This document shows positions 38,016 to 48,871 of a DNA stretch of 64,000 bases, in pieces. The position numbers and the translations under genes are program-made. The notes under the pieces are model-generated. The model did not search any database and was not told the origin of the DNA. It saw only the letters and a list, made by a program, of their open reading frames with translations. The stretch comes from Octopus bimaculoides (Eukaryota): the NCBI RefSeq assembly GCF_001194135.2, contig NC_069000.1, positions 21,847,197-21,911,196 of the forward strand, given 5' to 3'. Position 1 is the first letter of the stretch. Each line of letters starts with the position of its first letter.

Positions 38016-39821
38016 AAAGACATAAATATATACTGTAAAAATATGTTTAACAATGCAGAGATAGTTAATCTTATTAAAGCCTTTTGAGTTTTATTCCCGA
38101 CTTTCTTTAAATCTCTAGGTTAACTACCTCTTTGACATTGTCTACATCAAAATGGTCTGTCTGCAGTCTAGCATGGATCAATGTAAACATGAATAGATCA
38201 ATGTGATCATGATGTTGTCATTTTCTGTTTTATTGAGATAGTCTTAAGTACACACTATTAACTGAGCAGATTTCTTTAGTTTAGAGCAGTAAACTATAAA
38301 TTCAGAGTAGGCATGGTGACTATCATGTAACTTTATACCACAGCAACAGTTCTGTCTGCTTCAGAGAAAAATTTTGTGGATTACTTCATTCCAGACAACT
38401 GTTGTATATTGATTGGTTAGAGACTGAAGTACCCATGCGACTGGCTAGTTTCTTCACATTTATATTGATTGGTTCATTGCAGGCTAAAACATTGGCTCTA
38501 CTGGTCATTTTTTAAACATTCAATATTGATTGGTTGCAGTTTAAAACATTTGTGTTACTGGCCAGTTTCAGTTCCTCTAAGTTCTTTATTGATTACTGGC
38601 CAAAAACTGACCAACTCCTATCCACCTGCTCAGCATTAATTGGTCAGACTTAAATGCTACCTTAATTGTTTGTCATTTCATCAAGTCCATTAAAGTACCC
38701 ATCGTGTTCTTACTATCATATATTGATGACACAACTAACTGTTCCCTTCTCTCTACCACTTTTTGCTTACTTTATATCTTTGACCCACATTAGTGACCAT
38801 GGCTGCCAGAGGTTTCAGGTTCAATTCCTAAGTCAGTCACTTTGAGGAAAATATCTTTAACCATAACAGTGTTGATCCAGACTTTGCAAATGAAATTGTG
38901 TAGACATGAATGTATGGAACCTAATCAGACGGACTGTACTCATAATTCAATGAATCATCTTTGTTACAAGCTGTGGAATACTCGACAACTTACACTGTAA
39001 TAGATAATTGAGTTGATTGAGCATCTGAAATATTTATTTGTTGAAATGAACAGAGATTCATTTATTTATATTGCTCAACATTTTTCCATCTATTCATCTG
39101 AACACACCAATATAAATTCCTCAACAGGAATCATATCTACATTAGTATTTAAAAACAATAATAGCAAGTTTCAACAAGCACACTAAAATATCAGCTAAGC
39201 TCTTGAGAGAGTTTTAAATCTAGTTTCACTGTAACTATTTCTTCAATATATTAATATTTAAACTGGCCACATATGGCCCAAATATTGTCTTATTTTCAAA
39301 AAACAGCAAACTTACTAATGGGAATTGAACTATGCTTTACCAAACAGTCATGCTACCAAGTACCCCATATTGTGTTTGCTATGATGAAGGGGAAAAACAC
39401 TGAGTTGCCTCACTGTCTCGTTTATGCCTTTCCCTACAATGGGGTTTTACACTGTAAACCATTTGCTTGCCAGCCGATCCTCACGTAGTCTCTCTCTCTC
39501 GCTCTCTCAGAAATAGTGCACTGCTTGTTCAGCACACAGCATAAATATGCCTGCCTGCCTGGTGGGTGCCATGGCTATGTATGATATCAGCATTGGGATG
39601 CATGTGTTCATTATGCAAAAGTTAAAGTAAATGATACATGTGTTACCAAAAGGATGATTGTGGAATCTACCTTATCGTACTGCATTCAGTTAGCCATGGG
39701 TTTGGCATATTTTGTTGATATGCATGCTGAATAACAGGTGTGCATCAGTAAGATTTCTATTTTGTGTGAGAGTTGTAGCTTATAATTTCTAGTGTCCATA
39801 ATCTGGGGGATGTGGAAGTTC

Positions 39822-39859
<38 letters not shown>

Positions 39860-39861
<2 letters not shown>

Positions 39862-40042
39862 TATACTTTACAAAATGCTTAGTGGCATTTCATCCACTGT
39901 TATGTTCTGTGTTCAAATTCTGCCAAAATTGGCTTTGTCTTTCATCTTGTTAGGGTTGAGAAAATAAGTACCAGTTGAGTACTGGGGCTGATGTAATCAA
40001 CTAATCCTGTCCCCCTAAAATTTCAGGCTTCGTGCCCATTAT
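39860..40042 (+). mobile_element. SINE family C1 copy
   Basis: Core and tail present. Confidence 0.8.
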
Positions 40043-40059
40043 AGAAAAGATTATTATTA

Positions 40060-40278
40060 TTAATGTGGCGAGCTGGCAGAAACGTAAGCATGCCAGGCGA
40101 AATGCTTAGCGGTACTTTGTCTGTCTTTATATTCTGAGATCAAATTCCACCGAGGTCTACTTTACCTTTCATCCTTTTAGGGTTGATAAATTAAGTACCA
40201 GTTGTGTACTGGGTTCGATCTGATTGACTGTCCCCCTCCCCAAAAATTTTGGGCCTTGTGCCTAGAGTGGAAAAGACT
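40060..40278 (+). mobile_element. SINE family C1 copy, well preserved
   Basis: gtggcgagctggcagaaacgtaagcatgccaggcgaaatgcttagcgg head. Confidence 0.9.
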
Positions 40279-40284
40279 GTTGTT

Positions 40285-40612
40285 ATTATTATTATTATCA
40301 TTTACTTTTAAGTTGCATGTCTGTTACAATCACTTGCTGAAACGCACCCAATATCCTTGGGTGAGTGAAGAATAAGAGATGTTACAGTCTGACTGAAAGT
40401 TTGGGGAGGGGAAGTGGTAGGAGCAGTAGTGAAATATCTTCATGTAATACAACGCATACATTTAAATTGATAAGGTTTTTCTAAGGATGTGGGCAGTACT
40501 TGTCAGCACAATCTCTTGGATTTCTCTGAGACATGGTTCTCCTGGGATCTTATCTAGATGTTTCTGACATCCCTTCTTTATCATGCCTAGAGCACTCACA
40601 CTAACAGGAAAA
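40285..40612 (-). mobile_element. R4/Dong-like retrotransposon 3' fragment (type 2)
   Basis: PVSVSALGMIKKGCQKHLDKIPGEPCLREIQEIVLTSTAHILRKTLSI* plus 3' UTR; AAT tracts on both sides. Confidence 0.85.
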
Positions 40613-40984
40613 ATAATAATAATAATTATCATCATCATCAGTATTATTAAAGTGTAGAGATCTAAATGATCCCGCAATTAACTTAGTTACATGCCAACAT
40701 ATATCATGTGAGCAGGGTATTCAGTAAAAATACAGAAATACTCCCAATCATGAAATGATGTGGCTACTTAATAATTTAAAGTTATGTAACATGCACTATT
40801 GAATAAATAAGCACACCATGGAAAAATTTCAGCTGTCATTTCTTGTTTCTTTATGATATATACGACTAAAATTCTTCAGAGTGGTGCCCCAGCATGACCA
40901 TAGTCTGATGATTGAAACAAATATAAATGAATACACACACATGTATGTATGTGTATATATATCTATATATATAAGTCAGTAAAT

Positions 40985-41620
40985 AGTGGGGTTGTGTTAA
41001 CCGCACGTGGAGAAATAATAGGAAAATGAAAAATAATAATAAGGCAGAATGCTAAACTGAAAGCATATTTTAATATAGATGTGTAAAAAGGATTTCTAAC
41101 CGGTTTTCATTGCATGGCAAATTTTCAAGAAGAGGGAGAATGAAAATGTTTTTTACAAAAAAGTAAAAAATAATATATAGAAAAATAATATGTAAAAAAA
41201 TAAATATACCAATACATTATATTGTCTTTGAGCTTTTAAGGTTCAGTGGTAATCCATGTAGATAATAGTTGGAAAAATTAGGATGCATGAAATTGAGAAT
41301 TGTGTTTGGTTTAAAAAAAGAAAATGGGCTGAAGGTTTATGTGTTGAGCAGGAAGTGTGGTGTCAAAACAGGAAGTGTGTGTAAGGGAAGACAATTCTGT
41401 CGGTTTTATACTCTTTAGTTGGAGTTCTGGACTCTTTGTCAACAGGAAGTTTATGTCTGTTCTTAGAGAAATATTGTCACTGAGGGGTTTGTGTGTCAAG
41501 AAGTGGTTGGAATTTCTCTATGAAAAGATTCTCCTTGTTGATTCTTTCTTGTGTGGAGATTCTGTCTTTACATTGATAGAAAGGGAATATAAGGAATTTA
41601 GGGTTTTTGTTTCTGGCACA
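40985..41620 (-). mobile_element. Penelope-like element 3' end (GIY-YIG C-terminus plus putative pLTR)
   Basis: 41620->41477 reads CARNKNPKFLIFPFYQCKDRISTQERINKENLFIEKFQPLLDTQTPQ*, matching the PLE C....F.I.PFY...R...E..FI.KF.P.L pattern. Confidence 0.7.
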
Positions 41621-41677
41621 TTAATAAACATATTTGTGAATACTGTAAAATTCTTTAGGGTTCTACTTTCATAAAAC

Positions 41678-41910
41678 TTAGCTCTTCAGCATTCAAGTTA
41701 GTCAGAGATGTAAAACTTATTTTTTCACATTATTTTGAATAAAACAATGTATTGTATGTATCATTTCGTAGCTTTGAGATTTTAATGTTATTGTTTATCT
41801 GTAGAATGACATTGTAGGGTAGGTATAAGAAGCCAAATCTGGCTGGTTTGAAAAGAAAGCAGGTAGAATATTTGGGCCAGGTATGACCGGCTTAAATGCT
41901 AAAGGGTTCT
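41678..41910. mobile_element. piggyBac-type MITE (family G), degenerate
   Basis: Collinear with 46405-46611; right end aaatgctaaagggtt. Confidence 0.7.
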
Positions 41911-42719
41911 TTTAAAATAGGATTTTTTTAAGTGTGTAGATTGTGAGGATTTTTTGTTTACATTTTTATATTATTCATTAGGTTTTGTAATGAAAGGTGT
42001 TAGATCCTTGCAGTAAATGGAACTTGTGTGTTTAGGAAGGTATTTTGACTTTCTGCCCTTTTTATACAGACTAGTCGTAATTCTGTCACTATGCTGCTGA
42101 GTAACAACCGAGTCAAGATGAGATAGTTCCTTCAGCAGAAGCTTACTACAATGACCACATTGATATCCTCAACAACGAGCTGTTTTTTTTTTTTTTTTGG
42201 CAGGATGGGGGGTGGGGGTGTTTTGAAACAATTTTTTATTCTATCTTTCACACACATACTCCCTCCCTCTCTCTATCTCTCTCTCTCTCTCTTCTCACTG
42301 TATTTCTCTCTCAGCAACAACTTTTTCTCCTCTCCTTCTAAATAAGAGTTGTGACAGGGGTTATATCCCCTGTTGATTCCTCCCCTTTTCTCCTCCCTCT
42401 AATAGATGTGACGGTCAGACAGATGAAGATGAGCTTCTCTTTTATATGATTGACATTGCTGGTACTAAACAAAAAAATTGTTTTGTAGGAAAATTAACAT
42501 ACTGAAATGTTGTTTCATCTCATGTCAAACCTGAGAACAAAAGTGCTTTAGTCGTAGCCAAACAATCATTTTTCTTTCTTTCTTTTTTTTTTCTTTTTTC
42601 CTTTGTCAGACATAGTATATCTCATTCCACATCATCTTATATGTTCTTCCTTTCTTAAGATGATAGAGTGGATTTGATAAAGGCATGGTTGTTATTTCTG
42701 ACAGATTGATGGACACACA

Positions 42720-43020
42720 CTGACACTCCATTGGTTACAGCAACAAGGCTTCCAGTTGATCCAGTCAGCGGAACAAGCTACTTGTGGAATTAACTTGCAA
42801 GGGGCTAAGCACTTCACAGACAGAGTGATTCAGTGTGAAACAGAATGTGACAAGGCTGGTCCTTTGGAATACAACTACAACTCATTTTTGCCATTTGAAT
42901 GGACTTGAGCAACATGAAATAAAGTGTCTTACTCAAGGACACAATGCATTGCTGGGAATTGAACTCATGACCTTATGATTGTGAGCCAAATACCCAAACT
43001 ACTTAGCCACACATCTTCAC
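42720..43020 (-). mobile_element. SINE family E copy (distinct tRNA-like head, family-B 3' tail)
   Basis: Head with tgtgtccttgagtaagacactttatttca joined to the ccagccttgtcaca...ggatcaactggaa tail. Confidence 0.75.
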
Positions 43021-43716
43021 TAACAGACTAGGTGGTGCAGCTGTTGAATCATTTAATTGGATGTGAAGAATATATAGTTATAGTAGCTGCTGTAACTGAT
43101 GCTATTACTACTACTATTACTGCTGTTGCTATTGTTGGTTCTCATGATGATAGTGGTGGTGTTGATTGATTTATATGAGAGTTTTATGTTTGTTTTCAGA
43201 TTTAGGATGGATGTGAATGTTTGCCAGTGTTCTCTAGGTGTGTGGCTTATTTTCTTGTTTATGTCTTTTCATTTAGTTTTTTTTTTTACATTTCCTTGTC
43301 TTTATGATGGGTTTCAGGTTGTCTTTGGAGTTCTTAATACTATTGGCAATCCCATTTCTGTACTTAGAATTGTATTTTTGCATTTGGCATTTTGGAATTG
43401 GTTTCCTTTTGGATGCTTCATAACTAAACTAATTGTGTGTGTGTGTGGGTGTGGGTGGGTGGGTGTGTTTTGGTTCAGGAGTTCTCTTTGCAAACATTTG
43501 GTTTAAGATTCAATTCCACTCTGTGACTCTTTCATCGAGTATGTTCAACACAACTTTGTTGGCCCAAGTGGAATTTGTTTGGTGGAAACTGTGTGGAAGC
43601 CTGTTGAATGATAGATTTAATCCATCATCCAGATTAACACAACAACAAAACACTTGTGTGTGCCTTTAGCAGAGTCAGCTCTGTGGTAAGCATTTGTATC
43701 TGAGCATAGCTTCCTA

Positions 43717-43717
<1 letters not shown>

Positions 43718-43769
<52 letters not shown>

Positions 43770-43795
43770 GTATATATATATATATATATATATTA
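43718..43795. repeat. (TG)n-(TA)n microsatellite
   Basis: Direct reading. Confidence 0.95.
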
Positions 43796-44925
43796 TTAAA
43801 AATGGATCGAACGTAATTTTTGTTTATCATATGCATTGTGTCTCATGCAGCTGGTGAGTTTATGTGTGTGTGTGTGAAATATAAATTTAGCCAGTTTTAA
43901 TCAGTGTTTTAGAGGCTTGCATTGTCCTTACGTTTTAATCTGATGATTGATCATAGCTGATGAATGACAACAATCTTTCCATCAACATAACCACAACTAA
44001 CACTATTGCTGCTACCGCTACCACTGCCACCACTACCACCACCACCACCACTACCACTGCCATCATTTCCACCACCACCACCTTCTGCTGAATTGTCTTT
44101 GTGATTTGTGTTTTACATTAACAAAACAAGCTCTCTTCCTTATTTTTTCTTCATTAACTTGTCTTCCTCTTCTTCCTCCTACTCGTTTTCTTGCTTACCA
44201 TCTCTCCAGTGCCTCATTACCCTGTTTCTTGTCACCATGCCACTTACACTTGGACAGAACTCCCTTGGATATTTCCAGTCAGACAGAATTACATGAAGTT
44301 CTAATCGAATTGCTCTGCATGATCCAAAACGAGAGCGGCGTCATAAAAATTAGTCTCTTAGTCTGTGTGCAGGCAGAAGAAAATTATGGTGGTGGTGGTG
44401 GTGGTGGTGGTGGTGGTAGTGGTGGTGATCATCATCATCAACAACAACAACCAGTATTTTTGATGTCATTTCCAATTTCTCAGCTTATGAGAATGGCAGC
44501 TGCTTGAGGTTACCACCTTGAATCAGTGGATGGGTTTATCACCGTGTTAAACACAATGACCAGTTTCTGTTTTTACTTCGTTTCTGTTTTTTTCCTCTCT
44601 TTTGCTTGTTTACTCAGATGACCTATCATTGTTTTATAGTCCAGCTTCTTCCTTCTGATCCAGCAGATTTGTAACACATAGGTAGCCAATCAAATATCAG
44701 TTGGGTTTTTTTTTTTTTGTATTTTTAGCATTTTTGTTTGAGAAGGTGGTCGGCAGGTGCAACCTGTGCACTGTATATGAGGGTAGTAAGTAGGTGCAGT
44801 CTATGTGCAGATAATGCATATGGTGCTGTTTGCTGTTGATTAATAGCCACAATTTGTGTTGGATCTAATATATTGTTTGAACATTTAGCAACCATAATTT
44901 TGATGTTTCTTTGTGAGTCATCTTA

Positions 44926-45157
44926 TTTCTTTATTGCCCACAAGGGGCTACACACAGAGGGGACAAACAAGGACAGACAAAGGGATTAAGTCGATTATAT
45001 CGACCCCAGTGCGTAACTGGTACTTATTTAATCGACCCCGAAAGGATGAAAGGCAAAGTCGACCTCGGCGGAATTTGAACTCAGAACGTAGCGGCAAACG
45101 AAATACCACTAAGCATTTCGCCAGCGTGCTAAAGTTTCTGCCAGCTCACCGCCTTAC
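44926..45157 (-). mobile_element. SINE family C2 (C head and body, different 3' tail) with 11-bp TSD
   Basis: gagtcatctta at 44915-44925 and 45158-45168; CpG-rich. Confidence 0.92.
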
Positions 45158-45171
45158 GAGTCATCTTAATG

Positions 45172-45380
45172 AACATCAGTCCACTCAGCTGGCAAAAATG
45201 AGTATTACCTGTAATTCAAAGGTCCAGGCTTGTCACATTCTGTGTTATGCTGAATTTCCCTGAGGATTATGTTATGGGTGCGCATGTCTGTGGAGTGCTC
45301 AGCCACCTGCACATTAATTTCATAAGCAGGCTGTTCTGTAGAGCAGACCAACTGGAACCCTCATCATCGTAACTGACAGT
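45172..45380 (+). mobile_element. 3' tail of SINE family B/E, 5' truncated
   Basis: gtccactcagctggcaaaaatgag...caactggaaccctcatcatcgtaac. Confidence 0.8.
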
Positions 45381-45599
45381 AAATTTCTATATTAGTTTGT
45401 TCTCTGTGTTATATCTTCTATACGTGGTATGAATATTGTGGTTAATTATTTGTATTTTATTTTCTTGTTTCTGTTGGTGAATGTTATGCATATATTCCAC
45501 AGTATGATACATGAGTGCAATAGTTCTTCAAGATTCTTGGTGTTCTAGGTCTGTTTAGTTTTTTTTACTGGTTTCAGTCATTGTCCAATGTGTCCTTTC

Positions 45600-46014
45600 T
45601 TTTCCCAAAATGATACAGCATGATTTGAGGGAAATACATAGGAAGTTATGCTCAGATATGTCTTGCAAACAACTCGCACATACAAGTGCTACCAGTCAAG
45701 AACTCCGCATACCGGAAGCCAGCAAGTGTATGGGGTCATCAGGAGAGAATGCGCGCCGTCTTGGGGCCTACCTCTCGATGGCATCAATGTACACTGGCCC
45801 CACCTCACTGATATGAGGCCCCGCTTGCTAGATCAACTGGTTACAAAAATAACAGCTCAATATTTCTCTAGCCATCGCTCATCGTCTCTTTTTAACCAAA
45901 TCCAGTGGCTAGCCTTCTCCACTGTAGTTTGAATATCACTCATAGTGGTATTTACCTTACGATGAGTTAGGCCTAACGATAACAGCAGTCGTCTCACTAA
46001 CTAGCAAATACCAC
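45600..46014 (-). mobile_element. HERO-like RLE non-LTR retrotransposon 3' fragment
   Basis: 46014->45857 reads GIC*LVRRLLLSLGLTHRKVNTTMSDIQTTVEKASHWIWLKRDDERWLEKY*, resembling the HERO/NeSL-type C-terminus (AE.AS.W.WLKR...W). A GC-rich 3' UTR follows. Confidence 0.65.
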
Positions 46015-46404
46015 AATAATTACATATTGTCAGCATACTCTCCCTTCAATACTCTAACATATTAACACACTAGTTATCTTTTTCTGAGATTAGAGCAAGA
46101 TTTAATTGCTGTTCGTAGCATGTCAAGCAACCACAAAGAAGGTATCATTGTTTTTTGCAGTATTTAGTCTGGAGAACTGGAGTGGTGAGATGGATTAAGT
46201 ATTAAACTGATAACAGGTTGTGAGTTCACATCTGGCTGAAGGTATGTTTTCTGTGAAGAATCCCCTATTTTGGTCTTTGTTGCCTCTGTGGTCCAGCTGG
46301 CTGTCAGGGACAGGCAGGTGCCAAATAATTCAGGGATTATACCAATGTTAGACAAGTGTTTTATCAAGAAGAAGATTAGTCTAAAAGGATTAAACACTAC
46401 CCAC

Positions 46405-46611
46405 TTAACTCTTTAGCATTCACATTATTCTGTCAAATATAATGCCTACTTATCCACATTATTTTTGAATTAATCATAGCATCAAGATGTTGATAATGTG
46501 ATTGTTTCTTTTAAGAATGACATGTGTGAGAGGTTGGATCTGTTTGGTTTGAACATATAACAGGGAGAATATTTGGGCTGGAAGTGGCTAGTTTAAATGC
46601 TAAAGGGTTAA
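46405..46611. mobile_element. piggyBac-type MITE (family G), best copy
   Basis: TTAA-ctctttagcatt...aatgctaaaggg-TTAA; no coding capacity. Confidence 0.8.
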
Positions 46612-46869
46612 AAGACCCCCTCAAGATTATTATTATTATTATTATTATTTTGTTTTTAGTTTTATTTTATCTTGCAGTTACTAGTTAAACATTTCAGATA
46701 GATCAATCATTTGTTCGCTGCTTTTCCTAATGTAAGGAATAACAAGGGAGTGCATGTGCTAATTGCTACAGAACAAATGATAACAAGGGACTTGTTAAAG
46801 CACTTTTTTGGGGAGGCAAAGAGTGCTTTGATGCTGGTGTTCTACATTCCTTGCCAAATATATTGGTGA

Positions 46870-47052
46870 AATACACATACACACACATGTTGGGCTTCCA
46901 CACAGTTTCCCCTTTATCAAACTTCATTCATAAGACATTGGTCTACTTGAAGCTATTATAGAAGACACTTGCCAAAAAACCTCATGCAGTAGGATTGAAC
47001 CTCAGATCAATCGGTTGTGAAGCAAACTCTGTAACTACAGAGTCATGCTTGC
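46870..47052 (-). mobile_element. SINE family A 5' half, degenerate
   Basis: gaagacacttgcc...ggattgaacc head. Confidence 0.65.
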
Positions 47053-48084
47053 ACTCATTTATACACAATAAGTTATGCATCTAATAAATGGTGAGGCCAT
47101 CGATAGCCATGAAAGATGTGAGTACTATGCAATTCATTTTTGCACATTGTCTTTTGAAAGCCTATTTTCTGTAATGTTCTTCTATATTGTTGTCATTTCA
47201 TCAAAAGAACTTTTTAGAATAGTATTCTTGTATGGGTCAGGAGGCAGGGTACAGCAGTTGCTTAGAAACACTACAAATATGAATTTGCTCACCAAAGTTC
47301 TAGACTTGATACTGAAGCATGTTCCTGCCTGTGCTGTGTGTGCTAACTGTTGCTCAGATGCAGGTTGGCTCATGTTTGAAAACTTAGGCTGTACCTGTTT
47401 GAATAATGAAAACTGAGTCAAAAGGCCTTCTGTTCCTCTCTTCCCACCTCATTATGTCTCTTAGACTCTCTTCCATTCTCTCTCTTTTAACCTCCCACAT
47501 TCTTTGTGTTGTTATTAATCTCGCTTTGTTTTTCTCTCCTTCTTTCCTTCACTTTTGTACATACAGACACACACTCAATGCATTTTTGTTTCTACATAAA
47601 CTTGACTGTAAAATGTATCTTACATATATACGTTCTCAGTCACACAGACTCCTGCTTGCATGTGTTGTTTCATACACACACTCACACATCTGTGTGTTCA
47701 CAACCACACACACACACACACACACACACTAATAGTCTCAGGATTTCATATGGATTCTGCACAATGGTGTGTGTGTGTGTATGCACACATCTGTCTAACA
47801 GACATGTTTACGAACTGTCTCGTACATTGAGTAGTATTTAAGCATTAATGCGTTGAATACTGCTTTAGTAATGGGGCAGTCAACACATGCACCTTTACAC
47901 ATGGTTTGGAGACACATATGCATTTATGCAATGATTTATGCAAGTTCAGTTGACCACCTACAATTGTCATCATGATAAAATCTAAGAACATCTTCCCCAT
48001 ATAAACACACATCAATAATAAAGCATCAAGAAATTAGACGAAAGAAATAACAAAGAAAAACTGGAAATTGGCAAAATTTTGTCT

Positions 48085-48217
48085 CTAAGCTAAAACAATG
48101 AAAGCATGGTTCCAGGTTCAGTCCCACTGCATATCACCTTGGACAAATGTCTTCTACTATAGCTTCAGGCCAACCAAAACCTTGTGATTGGATTTGGTTA
48201 CAGAAACTGAAACAAGC

Positions 48218-48286
<69 letters not shown>

Positions 48287-48530
48287 GCACACATTTTATA
48301 CACAAACACACACACAAAAATACATGTATGTGTGTTTGTCTTTGTGTTTTCCTCACCTCCACCATCTGATAACTGGTGATGGTTTGTTTACCTCTTTGTA
48401 ACTTAGCAGTTTGGCAAAAGGAACTGATAGAATGAGTACCATGCTAAAAAAAAAAAGTTCTGGGGTTGATTTGTTTGACTAAAAAAGTTTGTGCCCCAGC
48501 ATGACTGCAGTCAATGACTGAAAGAAATAA
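48085..48530 (+). mobile_element. SINE family A copy with expanded internal (TA)n
   Basis: Head ggttccaggttcagtcccactg, (TA)n at 48221-48283, tail atgactgaaagaaataaaa. Confidence 0.88.
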
Positions 48531-48871
48531 AATCTAAAGTAATTGATCATGTGGTTAAGAAGTTCACTTTGTAATTATGTGGTTCTCGGTTCAATCCTAC
48601 TATGCAGCACCTTAGGTAAATAAATTCTACTTTAATGTTCGGTCAATTCAAACTTTGTCAATAAAATTGGCTTAACAGAATTGTAGAGGGGAAATGGGCT
48701 GATGGACCTGTTTTTTTTAGCACTAACTGTCTAGTAATTAGGATGAAGGTGAGAGTCAGTATCTTCAGCTATCTCTACTTTCCCATGATCTTGTGCCTAT
48801 ATTTAAATCTTTATTATTGTTGTTATAAAAAAAACTGTTATTCTTATTATTATGGTTATTACTGTTATTAT

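Noticed and set aside
41357-41674. 105-aa plus-strand ORF
   Set aside because: It is antisense to the Penelope GIY-YIG fragment.
45700-45790. CUGAUGA with a flanking gagag/ctctc stem and AUC triplet in the HERO-like 3' UTR (minus strand)
   Set aside because: No GAAA follows the putative stem II and stem III cannot pair, so it is not a hammerhead as written.
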